A stretch of DNA of 64,000 nt from Planctomycetota bacterium (GCA_038227875.1 JBBRPR010000011.1:126402-190401), one strand, 5' to 3'. Shown: positions 47,853 through 58,482, counted from the first letter of the stretch. Translations and numbers: made by a program. Notes: generated by a model from the sequence alone, not told the origin.

Positions 47853-49463
47853 TCAGTCCGCCGCGATGTGGCTTCCCTTTTCAGCCACCGACCGGCGCAT
47901 CAGCAGCACGAGGAAGACCAGGAACATCGCCAGCGCGGCGGAACTCCAGAAGACGTCGAAGTAAGCCAGCGACAGCGCCTGGCGGTCGCGCAAACCTTGA
48001 AGCATCTTCAGCGTCATCTCCTGCGACCGCGGCGCATCGCCGGTGTGCTGCAGAAAGAACGCCTTGCCTTGCACATACAGTTCGTTGACCGCCGGGTTGA
48101 ACGCATCGAGCCGCTCGTTCAACCGCAGCGTGTGAAATTGCTCGCGGCGTTCGTGGATCGTCTGCGCCAGCGACGTGCCGACGCTGCCGCCTTCGTTGCG
48201 CAGCAGGGCCAGCAAGCCCACGGCGGCGCCGCGCAGTTCCTTCGGGATGTACATGAACGCGGCGACGTTCAGCGGCGCGAACACCATCGCCAGGCCGCCG
48301 ATCACCACCACGCGTGGAAAGACCACCTGCCACGGGCTGATGTTCAAATTCAGCAGCGACATCCAATAGTTACCGATCGCAAGCACGAACAATCCCGCCG
48401 CCATCATGAAGCGCGCATCGACGCCCCGTGAGAGCAGCGTGCCGACCACCAGCAGCACCATGATTGCAAAAATTCCCGCCGGCGAGAGCACCAAGCCCGA
48501 TGTTGTCGCGTCGTAGCCAAAGAGCGATTGCAACAGCCCCGGCAGCGTCGTGGTGTTGGCGTAGAGCACGCCATACGCGCAAAAAATGATGATGCAACAC
48601 GACCGGAAATTCCGTTCGGTGAGCGTGCGGAAGTTGATCAGCGGGTTGGCGATCTTCAGCTCACGGTAGATCAGTCCGATCAGGCAGGAGCCGAACAATC
48701 CGGCCATCAGGTGGACGCGGTAGAACGGATCGCCGAACCAGTCCCACTCCTGACCTTTGCTCAGCACCACTTCCCAGCAGACCATCGTGATGCTCAGCAA
48801 AATCAAACCGAGCGTGTCAAAGCGTTGCGGCGATTTCCGGGCCTTCTCGCGCTCCGCGGTCAGGTAATCGGGATCGACCACGACGGCGCTGCAGATCAGG
48901 AACGCGGCGATGCCGACGGGGACATTCAGGTAGAAGATCCAGCGCCAGCCAAAATTATCCGTGATGTACCCGCCCAGCGTCGGCCCCACAACCGGCGCCA
49001 GCAGCGCGGCCATGCCGAACAGCGTCATCGCCGTGCCTTGTTTTTCCTGCGGAAAGGCGTCGAGCAGAATGCCCTGGCTCGACGGCTGCAGTCCGCCGCC
49101 GGCGAAGCCCTGCAACACGCGGAAGGCGATCAGTCCGTTGAGGCTCGTGGCCATTCCGCACAACGCCGAGGCCACCGTGAACAGCAGAATCGAAATGAGA
49201 AAATAATTGCGCCGTCCAAGCCGAATCGCCAGCCAGCCGGAGATCGGGAGAATGATCGCATTGGCCGCGAGGTAGCTGGTGATCACCCATTCGCTGTCGG
49301 TGACCGGCGACGAGAGCCCGCCGGCCATGTAGCGCAGCGCCACGTTGGCGATGGTTGTGTCGAGCACTTCCATGAACGTTGGAATCACGACGGCCAGCGC
49401 GACCAGCCACGGGTTGAACGTCCGCCGTGTCATGGTGGGCATCGCGATGGCCGCGCCGCTCAT
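47853..49463 (-). CDS. emrB: DHA2 family MFS efflux permease (EmrB/QacA-like)
   Basis: FMEVLDTTIANVAL, WVITSYL, RVLQGFAGG, GPTLGGYITD..WRWIFYLNVP, RNEGGSVG. Confidence 0.92.
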   Translation of the reverse strand: MSGAAIAMPTMTRRTFNPWLVALAVVIPTFMEVLDTTIANVALRYMAGGLSSPVTDSEWVITSYLAANAIILPISGWLAIRLGRRNYFLISILLFTVASALCGMATSLNGLIAFRVLQGFAGGGLQPSSQGILLDAFPQEKQGTAMTLFGMAALLAPVVGPTLGGYITDNFGWRWIFYLNVPVGIAAFLICSAVVVDPDYLTAEREKARKSPQRFDTLGLILLSITMVCWEVVLSKGQEWDWFGDPFYRVHLMAGLFGSCLIGLIYRELKIANPLINFRTLTERNFRSCCIIIFCAYGVLYANTTTLPGLLQSLFGYDATTSGLVLSPAGIFAIMVLLVVGTLLSRGVDARFMMAAGLFVLAIGNYWMSLLNLNISPWQVVFPRVVVIGGLAMVFAPLNVAAFMYIPKELRGAAVGLLALLRNEGGSVGTSLAQTIHERREQFHTLRLNERLDAFNPAVNELYVQGKAFFLQHTGDAPRSQEMTLKMLQGLRDRQALSLAYFDVFWSSAALAMFLVFLVLLMRRSVAEKGSHIAAD

Positions 49464-50998
49464 GGCGTTACCGGTTTGATGACCGGTGCGGCCGGTGTGG
49501 TTGCCGAATACGGCTGCAGCAACTTTCCGGCGTCGGGGCCTTCCGGCTTTTCGTTGATCAGCACTTCCGGCGTCACCGACAGGCCGATGAACAGCGGCGT
49601 TTTGTCGGCGTCGTAATCGAGAATATCGATGCGCACCGGCAAGCGCTGCACCACTTTGACGAAGTTACCCGTCGCGTTTTCCGCGGGCAGCAGCGCCAGC
49701 GTCGAACCGGTTCCCATCGTGAAGCCGGAGATTCGGCCCTTGAATTTCTGCGTGCCGCCGTACATGTCGACGTCCAGCTCGACGGGCAGTCCGATGCGCA
49801 ACTCACCCAACTGCGTTTCCTTGAAATTCGCGTCGATCCAGATCTCCGTGAGCGACCTCAGCGCCATCAGGCTCTGCCCGGCGACGAGATTGTTGCCGGG
49901 ATTGACGTTCCGCCGCGTGACCACGCCATCGATCTCGGCCACGATGTCGGTGTAGCTCAGGTTCAGCTTCGCTTCTTCGAGTTTCCGCTGCGCCTGCAGC
50001 AGCCGCGACTCCGCCTGCTTCACCGATGGAGCGTTCTTGATCAAGTCCGCGTAGATGCGGTCGATATCGCCCGCTGGATCGCGCTTGTAAAACTCCTCGA
50101 CCATCTGCCGCGGCGTGATGTTGAAGGACTGCGCCAGCCCGATCTGCGCAGCGGCCTGAATCAAGCTCGCCTGCGCCTGGCGCACCGACGAAAACGTTTG
50201 ATCCAAATCCGGCGGAGCCTGGGTCAGGTCCTCACTGTTGACCGGCTTCGGCGGCAGGCCGAGCGAGACGCGGATCTGGTAGACGCCCTGCAGCGCTTCC
50301 TCCACCTGCGACTGCGAGACCAGCATCTCCTGCTTGCGGTGATCGACGATCTCCTGCGACACCGCACCCTCTTTCAACAGCGGCACGACGCGTTCGTAAT
50401 CGGTCTTCGCTTTAACCTGCGTGGCTTTCTGCGATTCAAGAATCGCCACCTTCGCGCGCAGCAGGGCGAGTTGGTTGTCGACGTCCAGGATCGAGCGTTC
50501 CAGACCAAAGCGCAGGCTGCGCATCTGTCCTGTGGTCGCACGCGCTTGGGCTTGAGCCGTCACCAGATCAGCTTCCGCCGCGACGACCGCCGACTGCGCG
50601 ATGTCCACCTGGATCTGATACGGCGCGCGATCCAACTGGACGAGCAGGTCCCCTTTATGGACGCGATTGTTGTCGTCAACGAGCACCTTCGCCACCTGCC
50701 CGCCGACACGCGGCGCGACGAACGTGACGTGACCGTTGACAAAAGCATCGTCGGTGGAGACGGTGCTCATCGAGTGCTTGACCCACGGCACGCCGAAAAT
50801 CAAAGCGACAATCAGAAACACCACGGCGGCAATCCACAGTCCGCCGCGGAACTTGGGCTTGGGCTCAGCCGAAGCAGGTGTTACGTGCGTTGCGGGTGCT
50901 GCGGGTGCTGCCGTATGTGAAGTTTCCGGAGCAGGCGCGGGCGTCGCATGCGGCGCGGCAGGCGCGGACTCGGAAGGTTTCTGTTCTGGGGTAGACAT
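49460..50998 (-). CDS. emrA: HlyD/EmrA membrane fusion protein
   Basis: STDDAFVNGH, ANFKETQL, LLPAENATGNFVKVVQRLPVRI; overlaps the emrB start. Confidence 0.92.
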   Translation of the reverse strand: MSTPEQKPSESAPAAPHATPAPAPETSHTAAPAAPATHVTPASAEPKPKFRGGLWIAAVVFLIVALIFGVPWVKHSMSTVSTDDAFVNGHVTFVAPRVGGQVAKVLVDDNNRVHKGDLLVQLDRAPYQIQVDIAQSAVVAAEADLVTAQAQARATTGQMRSLRFGLERSILDVDNQLALLRAKVAILESQKATQVKAKTDYERVVPLLKEGAVSQEIVDHRKQEMLVSQSQVEEALQGVYQIRVSLGLPPKPVNSEDLTQAPPDLDQTFSSVRQAQASLIQAAAQIGLAQSFNITPRQMVEEFYKRDPAGDIDRIYADLIKNAPSVKQAESRLLQAQRKLEEAKLNLSYTDIVAEIDGVVTRRNVNPGNNLVAGQSLMALRSLTEIWIDANFKETQLGELRIGLPVELDVDMYGGTQKFKGRISGFTMGTGSTLALLPAENATGNFVKVVQRLPVRIDILDYDADKTPLFIGLSVTPEVLINEKPEGPDAGKLLQPYSATTPAAPVIKPVTP

Positions 50999-51190
50999 GC
51001 CTATAAAATAGTAGGCATTCCCAAATTTGCGAGAGCAAGGACGACCTGAACCATGACTGTTGTAACATGTAAAGCAGCACCTTGATTTCTGACGTCTGAC
51101 ATATTATTATACAAGCAAATCCAGAAATTTGTCCCATCCGTGAGCGGAACGTGGAAGGCTTAAAGTCACGCCCCTGCAGGGATTTCAGGG

Positions 51191-51583
51191 ATGCTCGACA
51201 ACGATAGCAGTTCCGCTCCGACGCAAACTTTGAATTCCAGCTGGGCACTGCCAGCTCTGCCCACCTTGCCGTACGGGCGAATTCACCCCTTGTCTTTGCA
51301 GATTCTTCATCCGAAAAAAGTTCGCGCGCTCCACTTTTTCGGCTCGCGCCACGTCATTCTGCCGGGCTCCAACGAACGGCAAGCGATCAAGCGCCAGCGC
51401 GGCGAGGAATGGTTTGGCCCAGCCAACGTTCCGCCCGACGAGACCAATCTGCTGAACAATTACGATGCCGCGCAGCAGCGCTACGGCGTGCTGCGCGACA
51501 ACATTCGATCGTACATCCTGGTCTTCTCGCGCGGCGCCTGGGCATTTAAATCCAGCGAGTCAGATATCTTTAAGCGCCGCTGA
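51191..51583 (+). CDS. Hypothetical protein
   Basis: 130-aa ORF filling the gap and ending convergent with the MCP; no recognised motif. Confidence 0.45.
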   Translation: MLDNDSSSAPTQTLNSSWALPALPTLPYGRIHPLSLQILHPKKVRALHFFGSRHVILPGSNERQAIKRQRGEEWFGPANVPPDETNLLNNYDAAQQRYGVLRDNIRSYILVFSRGAWAFKSSESDIFKRR

Positions 51584-51591
51584 TCGCCCTT

Positions 51592-53319
51592 TTAGAATCC
51601 ACTCAATTCATCATCCGTCAGCGGAATGGCCATTGAAGGCTTTACCGCTTTGTGTGTCCCGTTGACCGCTGCGATCCGATTGACCGGCAGGTACTTGGCC
51701 TTGCCGGCGACCGTTCCATGTTTCTTGCTGGGCGACGCGTGCTGCGGCGCCTGAATCTTATACGGAGCGGCAGCAGCTGGCGCGGCCCGCGGCGCTGCGG
51801 CCATCGGAGCCGGGCGTGCAGTCGCTCCGCCATGAACCAGTTGCGTCAACGCGTCGACCATGTCCAGCAGTTCACGCGATTGCGCCGAAAGCTCTTCGCT
51901 CGCCGACGCAGTCTCTTCCGAATTCGCGGCGTTCGACTGTGTGACCTTGTCCATTTCACTCACGGCCTTGTTGATCTGCTCGGCGCCCTTGGACTGTTCC
52001 CCGGTTGCGGCGGCGACTTCGTTGATCAAGCTCTTCACCTTCTTGGACGCGTCCACGGTGCTGGCGAAGCTCTTCGCAATTTCCACCTCCACGGCGCGTT
52101 TGAGAATTTCCGCGACGTCCGCGGACACCTTGACGCCCTGCTCGGCATTGCGCTGAGATTCTTCGATCAACGCGGAGGTATTCTTCGCGGCTTCCGCGGA
52201 ACGCTGCGCGAGATTGCGGACTTCTTCAGCGACTACCGCGAACCCCTTCCCCGCTTCGCCGGCACGCGCGGCTTCCACCGCGGCGTTCAAGGCCAGCAAG
52301 TTGGTCTGGAAAGCGATCTCGTCGATGGTCTTGACGATCTTGGCGGTCTGGTCGGCCGAGGTCTTGATCTTCCCAATCGCCTCGGACATGCCGCCGATCC
52401 GGGCCGCCAGCTCGGTGCTCATTTTTTGCGTCGTCAGCTGCCCTGCTGTCGCCGCAGCGCAGGCCGCATCAGACATGGCGCTGGCTTCGCGGGCGTTGTC
52501 GGCGTTCTGGCGCGTCATCGAGGCCATCTGCTCCAACGACGCCGACGTTTCTTCCAGGCTCGACGCCTGTTCACTCGCCCCGGCAGCCATGCTCTGACTG
52601 GACTGCGCCACCTGGCCCGCGGCCGATGCGACCTGTTCTGAACTGGAACGCAGCGAGAGGGCGATATCGTTGAGCGAGAGATTGATGCTGCGCGTGATCA
52701 CGAACGCGGCCGCGCCGCCGATAACCAACGCCACACCCACCGCGATTCCCACGCCCCATTGCGATTTTAAAACAGCACTGGTGATTGCCACCGACGCTTC
52801 GTCCCCACATTCCTTGTTGTAATTCACTAGGTTATTGATCGCCTCCATGTACTTCTGATAGGCGGGTTTGACAGTTGTGCGATAGCACTCCAGAGCTTCT
52901 TGAGTCTTTCCACTCTCAACCAGACTGATCATATTGTCTTGCGCAGTGCGGAACACAGTCCGAGCTGGCGGGAGCACCGCATATAATTCCTTCTCGCGCG
53001 CTTCAATCACGGTCTTGGCGTACGCATCGAAAATCCCGTTCGATTTGCCACGCGCCTCTTTCAAATGGTTGACCAGATCGCTAATTTCAGCTTTGTCGTT
53101 GGTGGTCAACATCGTGAGCAGAATCTGCTGTATGTCCTTCCCGATTCCCCGGGCAGAAGTGAGAGCAATCGTCCCTGGCATGCAATCGTCGGTGATGGCA
53201 TGCGCGTCGGTGGAAATCGTGATCAAGCGCATCGACGCAAAGATGCCCAACCCGATCGTAATACACAATGAGAGCGCAAATCCGAAAATGATCTTCTTAC
53301 CCAAAGTTAATTTGCTCAT
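51592..53319 (-). CDS. Methyl-accepting chemotaxis protein with four-helix-bundle sensor
   Basis: TM1/TM2 flank a 4HB-like domain; [38 protein letters not shown]-terminal [11 protein letters not shown]. Confidence 0.95.
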   Translation of the reverse strand: MSKLTLGKKIIFGFALSLCITIGLGIFASMRLITISTDAHAITDDCMPGTIALTSARGIGKDIQQILLTMLTTNDKAEISDLVNHLKEARGKSNGIFDAYAKTVIEAREKELYAVLPPARTVFRTAQDNMISLVESGKTQEALECYRTTVKPAYQKYMEAINNLVNYNKECGDEASVAITSAVLKSQWGVGIAVGVALVIGGAAAFVITRSINLSLNDIALSLRSSSEQVASAAGQVAQSSQSMAAGASEQASSLEETSASLEQMASMTRQNADNAREASAMSDAACAAATAGQLTTQKMSTELAARIGGMSEAIGKIKTSADQTAKIVKTIDEIAFQTNLLALNAAVEAARAGEAGKGFAVVAEEVRNLAQRSAEAAKNTSALIEESQRNAEQGVKVSADVAEILKRAVEVEIAKSFASTVDASKKVKSLINEVAAATGEQSKGAEQINKAVSEMDKVTQSNAANSEETASASEELSAQSRELLDMVDALTQLVHGGATARPAPMAAAPRAAPAAAAPYKIQAPQHASPSKKHGTVAGKAKYLPVNRIAAVNGTHKAVKPSMAIPLTDDELSGF

Positions 53320-53382
53320 GTTCCGCCGCGCTCCAGTGTCATTCCCACGTTCGAGAATCCAGCCAACTCACAGCAATAGGCC

Positions 53383-53398
53383 GCATAAGGCGTACCAA
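53383..53398 (-). promoter_or_regulatory. Sigma54 (-24/-12) promoter of the MCP gene
   Basis: Minus strand TTGGTACGCCTTATGC (GG-N10-GC), ~65 bp above the start. Confidence 0.65.
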
Positions 53399-53471
53399 CG
53401 ATTATTCACGCATTTCCGGAAAGGGTTGCCCAATTTCATTAGACTCGGGTCCGGATTTTCGAACGTGTAAT

Positions 53472-53511
53472 AAGAAAGGCTGGAAAGCGTCGGCGCCTTC
53501 CAGCCTCTTTT
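53472..53511. terminator. Intrinsic terminator downstream of dps
   Basis: AGGCTGGAAAGCG..CGCCTTCCAGCCT stem flanked by A/T tracts. Confidence 0.7.
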
Positions 53512-53539
53512 CGAAAACTGACAACGTTGTCTCGAACTC

Positions 53540-54034
53540 TTACTCTTTCGACTGCCCGTGCGCCTCCACAAACCACAACAATTTGTCCACCCCCCGCGAA
53601 ACGCCGGTCAGCAAGTCCGCTGTATCCGCGTCCTTCAAGTCCGCGGCCACGTCGATCGCCGCGCGCACCACTTTGCCGTACGCCGCCAGTGCAATCGAAA
53701 GCGCCTCGACGTGGTCGTGTCCGGCGCTGATCTCCAAGGGGTATTCATCAAGCCGCGAATGCTTCGCACTGATCCGCACCGTGCCCAGTGCCACGCCGCC
53801 GAGCTGCACGATCCGCTCGGCAATTTCGTCCACGAATTCGCCGAGCTCCTCGTAAGCCTTATCGAACAATTCATGCAGCGCGATGAAACTCGGTCCCTTC
53901 ACGTTCCAATGCGCCTGCTTGGCCTGCATCTGCAGATCGATGATGTCGGACAGCTGCTGGTTGAGCAGCGCGTTGATTTCCTTGCGAGACTTCTCTGGAA
54001 TGTCGTTGTGCGTCTTAAACATGTTTGTCTTCAT
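53540..54034 (-). CDS. dps: DNA starvation/stationary phase protection protein Dps
   Basis: KQAHWNVKGPSFIALHELFD, DEIAERIVQLGG, DKLLWFVEAH. Confidence 0.97.
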   Translation of the reverse strand: MKTNMFKTHNDIPEKSRKEINALLNQQLSDIIDLQMQAKQAHWNVKGPSFIALHELFDKAYEELGEFVDEIAERIVQLGGVALGTVRISAKHSRLDEYPLEISAGHDHVEALSIALAAYGKVVRAAIDVAADLKDADTADLLTGVSRGVDKLLWFVEAHGQSKE

Positions 54035-54092
54035 GGCGGTTCCCTCGCTTGGGTTCATCTGGATTCAACGTGTTTGTGGGCTGTAATTGCAA

Positions 54093-54121
54093 AGTATACC
54101 CACTCCCGCCGGTCGAGGCAA
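54093..54121 (-). promoter_or_regulatory. Sigma70-type promoter of dps
   Basis: Minus strand TTGCCT-17 bp-TATACT. Confidence 0.6.
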
Positions 54122-54245
54122 ACGAGGGTCGTGTTGCCTTTGCATTAAGGCTTGGTAAGCGCGCCGCATTCAAGTACGATTCATTCAGCGCCAAGGCCCA
54201 GCCTGCCCATCCCGGATCCCCTCCACGGCGCGTCAGGAGTGTTTC

Positions 54246-54485
54246 GTGTACTTTAAACCACTGGAACGCATGCCCGAAGGCATCAAGTATGTTCGTGACT
54301 CCATTCGTTTCGACGAAGTTCGGAAATTGAAATTCACGGATTTCATCGACGATGGCGGCCGCCATTTTATGCGCGAAGTCGGACCCGACACCGATGTCTG
54401 GGTGATGCTGGTGCCCGCCTGGTACGAATGCTGGCCGGCGCGGATTGAGTACTTTTTGAAGTCGATGTTTTCGACGCCGAAATGA
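54246..54485 (+). CDS. Small hypothetical protein divergent from dps
   Basis: CAGGAG RBS before GTG; GC3-rich codons; 79 aa. Confidence 0.5.
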   Translation: MYFKPLERMPEGIKYVRDSIRFDEVRKLKFTDFIDDGGRHFMREVGPDTDVWVMLVPAWYECWPARIEYFLKSMFSTPK

Positions 54486-54713
54486 AGCTACGGCAATTCA
54501 AAACTAACAATTCAAAAACGCATGCGATAGCCGAACGGGTCCGAGGCGCATAGACCTCGTCGTAAATTTACGACAGGGGTGAAAACCTACCCCGCGGATG
54601 TTTCATTTTAACCATCGATCAAATTTGACCCGAGATCGCCGGTTCATACCGTCAGGCAAATATTTGCCTGAATATTTCGAGCTCGTGAGAAACACGCGAC
54701 AAAGAAATCGACC

Positions 54714-56921
54714 CTATTCCATGTGCGGTTGCGAATCTTCCACAGGCCAGCCGATGGGCAGCACAAATTCCCACGGTCGCTCGCCCATACGCCGCGCCGC
54801 AGTCCGGATCAGGCGGAGTACTTCGCTGAACGATAGTTCGTACGCGCGGATGGCCGTGGCCAGCGCCAGCACGAAACTTACCGTCAGATTGAGCACGAAG
54901 GTCACCGCGATTCCGGCGGCGGCCATCAGCAGCCATCCCTGCGGAATGCCTTCCCAGCCCACCGACACCGCCGCCAGCGCCAGCGTGCCCGACGAAAGCG
55001 TCACGTGGCGGACGTCGAGCGGTATGCCGGCGAAGCGGCCGAGTGCAGGCGTCAGCCCCAGCATGAAACCCAGTGCGATGCTGCCGGCCCAGCTTGAAAT
55101 ATTGTGGTCGACGAATTTCGCCAGCCGCTTCATCCGTCCGGCGCCGAGACGATCCGACCAGCGATGATCCGCGATCGCCTGCGGAATCCGGTTGTAGATC
55201 GACCAGTTTTCCACCCACCCGCCCACCAGGCTCGACGACCACAGGATCACGCCCGTCAGCGCCGCGTAAACGATGGTGCCGCTCTTCAGCGGATTCAGCG
55301 TTTCAAACACGTGCTCGGCGGAATGCGGACTCAAAATCGCCTCATGAAACCACGCCCGCCACGCTGTACCCAGTGCCACGCAACCCAGCGAGACGAACAA
55401 CACATTGCTGATCGCGGCCGCCAATTGCGTGCGGCAGATCAGCATGAATCTGTCCACGATGCGCTCGAAACGATCCGCGCCGGTGTGATCCCGGAGAATT
55501 CCGCCCAGGGCCGCTCCAGTCATCGCCGGTTGCTTGGTCGCCAGCGCCAGACCGAACATCAGCATAATGATGAAGCTGATCGCGTAATTGAAACCCGCGA
55601 AGATGCCTTCCGGCAGTGCCGCCAGGTTTTTGTTGATAATGTCCATCTTGATCGTCGCCGTCGCCACCGTCAGCAAACCACCGCCCGCAGCGGCAGCCCA
55701 CATGTACCAATACTCACGCAGATTTCTGGCGATGTAATGGCCGCCGGTATGCCCGGTCCGTTCGACGATCTTCTTGGAGAGCAGATGCAGATTCCGCCCG
55801 CACAATTCGCGCAGGCTTTTATCTTCAAACGTGGCGTTGATGCACCGCGCCATCAGCCCCTGGATCGCGGCGCTCCGCGCCACGCCATCGGGAAGCGTCA
55901 GAATGTCGGCGATCAATTCCATGCGCTGCAGACACTTCTCGATGACTTCGAGCGAATACACAATCGAGACGCTGACGCCTGTGTCATTGAGCTTACGCTC
56001 GACCTGCGACAATTCGGCACGGCAGGCGGCCACCAGCTTGTGCCACACGTTGATCGCGTCCGGCACATTGGCGTTCTGATCCAGCGCCTCCAGCAACCGG
56101 TCGCAGGCCCGCGAGAGGCGGAAGAACGGCGATTGCGAAATTTTCTGCGCGCTGCCCCGGTCGCGGAGTTCCTGGCCGAGCCCCAAGCCTTGTACGCGTG
56201 CGGATAAGAGCACAAACGCTTCGCGCAGGTAATTCCGCGAGGGCTGCCAGATGTTGCCGTGATCCGGCAGCCCGAAGGCTTCCACTAATTCATGAAACAT
56301 CTCGCGCGGTATCTGTCCGAAGCGCCGCGCCTTTCGCGCGTTGACGTACAAGCGGCGCATGTGCTGTTCCAAATCCGTATCGTCGCGCGGTTCGGGAATG
56401 AAAATCCCCGTCGTCCGTGTGATTGCTTCGGCAAGGAATCCCCGCTCGTGCGGCATGCCCGTGTCCGCGAAGAATGAAACGCAGCTCGTCTCCGCCGCCA
56501 TGGCGCCGATAACGCGCGCACATTCAGTACGCAATTCCGGACACTGCACGACCACCATGCGCAACACGTGCGACCGGCGCCAGCGCGAATCGATCGCCAC
56601 TGCCGTTGCACTCGTTTCGTTGCGCGGCAGCGGAACGTCGTCGTCTTTCTGCCCCAGCCAACGCATCAGTAGAAAGAAATGATTGAAGCGTCCGCGCAGC
56701 GTGCTGCTCTGCAGGAACAACTGCAGCAGCCCGTTGAATTCCGAGAGCCGCGCATTACTCCGGTCGCGCTCGGCGAAGCAATTGAGCACCAGGCTGTCGA
56801 TCGTCACGCGCGGCAGCGGAATCAACGGCGGCAGTGCGGCATCGGCGGATACTTCAACCGCGGGTGCCGCTTTGCTGGTCGCGGCTGAATCGCTGGGAGA
56901 TAGAGTCGGCAAGGCGTTCAC
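54714..56921 (-). CDS. SpecificRecomb/Gcr-family polytopic membrane protein (usually annotated 'site-specific recombinase')
   Basis: TGGHYIAR..AAAGGG, NYAISF, LATKQPAMT, GIPLDVRHVTLSSG, LNLTVSFVLA motifs. Confidence 0.8.
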   Translation of the reverse strand: MNALPTLSPSDSAATSKAAPAVEVSADAALPPLIPLPRVTIDSLVLNCFAERDRSNARLSEFNGLLQLFLQSSTLRGRFNHFFLLMRWLGQKDDDVPLPRNETSATAVAIDSRWRRSHVLRMVVVQCPELRTECARVIGAMAAETSCVSFFADTGMPHERGFLAEAITRTTGIFIPEPRDDTDLEQHMRRLYVNARKARRFGQIPREMFHELVEAFGLPDHGNIWQPSRNYLREAFVLLSARVQGLGLGQELRDRGSAQKISQSPFFRLSRACDRLLEALDQNANVPDAINVWHKLVAACRAELSQVERKLNDTGVSVSIVYSLEVIEKCLQRMELIADILTLPDGVARSAAIQGLMARCINATFEDKSLRELCGRNLHLLSKKIVERTGHTGGHYIARNLREYWYMWAAAAGGGLLTVATATIKMDIINKNLAALPEGIFAGFNYAISFIIMLMFGLALATKQPAMTGAALGGILRDHTGADRFERIVDRFMLICRTQLAAAISNVLFVSLGCVALGTAWRAWFHEAILSPHSAEHVFETLNPLKSGTIVYAALTGVILWSSSLVGGWVENWSIYNRIPQAIADHRWSDRLGAGRMKRLAKFVDHNISSWAGSIALGFMLGLTPALGRFAGIPLDVRHVTLSSGTLALAAVSVGWEGIPQGWLLMAAAGIAVTFVLNLTVSFVLALATAIRAYELSFSEVLRLIRTAARRMGERPWEFVLPIGWPVEDSQPHME

Positions 56922-56942
56922 CCCATGTCATCTGGTTTTATG

Positions 56943-56978
56943 AAAAGGGACTGAAGCATGGCTGCTCCAGTCCCCTTT
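56943..56978. terminator. Intrinsic terminator of the 57001-58482 gene
   Basis: AAAAGGGACTGAAGCA..TGCTCCAGTCCCCTTT. Confidence 0.65.
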
Positions 56979-57000
56979 CGACATTTTAACCGAACAACGT

Positions 57001-58482
57001 TCAGCGTTTGTCTTCGTTGCGCTTACCGTCAGCCTTCGGTTCTGCATCCGGCTTGGCCTTGGGTTCCTCGGGCTCCTTCGGTCCGTCAGCCTTCGGCGGA
57101 GCGGGCGGTGCCTTCGGTTCGTTGGCCTTCGGTGCCGGACGATCCTTCGGTTCTTCCGCCTTCGGCGCAGTCGGACGTTCCTTCGGGCCGTCGGCCTTCG
57201 GGGGTGTCGGACGGTCCTTCGGCTCTTCAGCCTTCGGCGCGGCAGGCGGAGTCTTCGGTTCGTTCGGCTTCACATCGTTGGTTGCCGGTTTCTGATCGGC
57301 CGGCGTCTTCGGTTCTGCAGGCTTCTTCGGGTCAGCGGCGGGCTTCGCAGCTTCATTCGGCTTTGCAGCTTCGTTCGGCTTGGCAGCTTCATTCGGCTTC
57401 GCGGCTTCGTTCGGCTTTGCAGCTTCGTTCGGCTTCGCAGCTTCGTTCGGCTTCGCAGCTTCATTCGGCTTCGCAGCTTCATTCGGCTTCGCAGTTTCAT
57501 TCGGCTTCTTCGCTTCATTCGGCTTGGCAGCTTCATTCGGCTTGGCAGCTTCATTCGGCTTCGCAGCTTCATTCGGCTTCGCAGCTTCGTTCGGCTTCGC
57601 AGCTTCATTCGGCTTCGCAGCTTCATTCGGCTTCGCGGCCGGGGCCTTCGGATCGGCACCCTTCTGCGCAGCGGCGGGCGGAGCGGCGGGCTTGTCGTTC
57701 TTAATCTGCGGACGGTAGGCATTCACCTGGCCGCCGGCGCTTCCCTTGGCTGCAGGGGTCTTCGCATCGGCGATCTTCTCAGGCTTGATTTCCTGTTTCG
57801 TAGCGGCGGAAACCTTGGCCACCGGCACGCCATTGTTGATCACGCGGTTGTCGTTGTAGGTGTAGCTGTTGTTGATGACCTTCGTTTCCTTGAAAACACG
57901 TTCGCGTTCTTCGCGCTTCACGATCACCGTGTTCAAGTTGACGGACAGAAATCCATGCGCCGGGACGAAATTGTAGAAGTCTGCGTGAATATCCGCATCG
58001 CGGACTCCGATGACCACGCCACCTTCAAAGCGCGCTCCGTGCGGCAACGGCGCCCAGCCGTAAATACTGTCGGACTCGCGCCAGCTCACCCAGGCCGGAG
58101 CCCAGACCGTGTCCGGCGTCCACACCCAGTTGTAGTTGTCGACGTGGTTCCAGCGGCCGTAGTGAAACGTCGCCCAGCCCCAGTCGTAGCTCGAATCCCA
58201 ATACCAGCCGGCATCGGTGTAAATCCAATGTCCGTTGTTCAGGTACGGTCGCCATTCCGTGTCCGTGACCACGACTTCCGGCTGCCACGCCCAGCCAATA
58301 TCGGCAACTTCAACCCACTTGCCGTGCGGTGCGAGCTGATCGTAAAAATAGCCAATATTCAAATCGCCGCCGGCGCTGACGTTCACGCCCGCCTCGATTT
58401 CCACTCCTGCCGCCCGGACCGATCCGGAAGACAGATTCAGCGCTACGATGAGCGCCATCAGTCCAATTCCTGAGTATCGCAT
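57001..58482 (-). CDS. Exported DUF6600-like Trp-rich protein with repetitive Lys/Pro/Ala tail
   Basis: FYDQLAPHGKW, WRPYLNNGHW, WGWATFHYGRW, WAPAWVSWR, GWAPLP; signal peptide. Confidence 0.85.
   Translation of the reverse strand: MRYSGIGLMALIVALNLSSGSVRAAGVEIEAGVNVSAGGDLNIGYFYDQLAPHGKWVEVADIGWAWQPEVVVTDTEWRPYLNNGHWIYTDAGWYWDSSYDWGWATFHYGRWNHVDNYNWVWTPDTVWAPAWVSWRESDSIYGWAPLPHGARFEGGVVIGVRDADIHADFYNFVPAHGFLSVNLNTVIVKREERERVFKETKVINNSYTYNDNRVINNGVPVAKVSAATKQEIKPEKIADAKTPAAKGSAGGQVNAYRPQIKNDKPAAPPAAAQKGADPKAPAAKPNEAAKPNEAAKPNEAAKPNEAAKPNEAAKPNEAAKPNEAKKPNETAKPNEAAKPNEAAKPNEAAKPNEAAKPNEAAKPNEAAKPNEAAKPNEAAKPAADPKKPAEPKTPADQKPATNDVKPNEPKTPPAAPKAEEPKDRPTPPKADGPKERPTAPKAEEPKDRPAPKANEPKAPPAPPKADGPKEPEEPKAKPDAEPKADGKRNEDKR
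57340..57640 (-). repeat. 18-bp coding tandem repeat (AAKPNE) in about 16 copies
   Basis: Unit TTC[AG]TTCGGCTT[CTG]GCAGC on the + strand, with synonymous variation. Confidence 0.95.

Noticed and set aside
53320..53470. c-di-GMP-I riboswitch upstream of the MCP
   Set aside because: GGGCAACCC resembles the start, but the GGCAAA..GAAA..GACGCAAAG consensus is missing.
57340..57640. CRISPR array
   Set aside because: Contiguous 18-bp in-frame coding repeats with no unique spacers and no cas genes.
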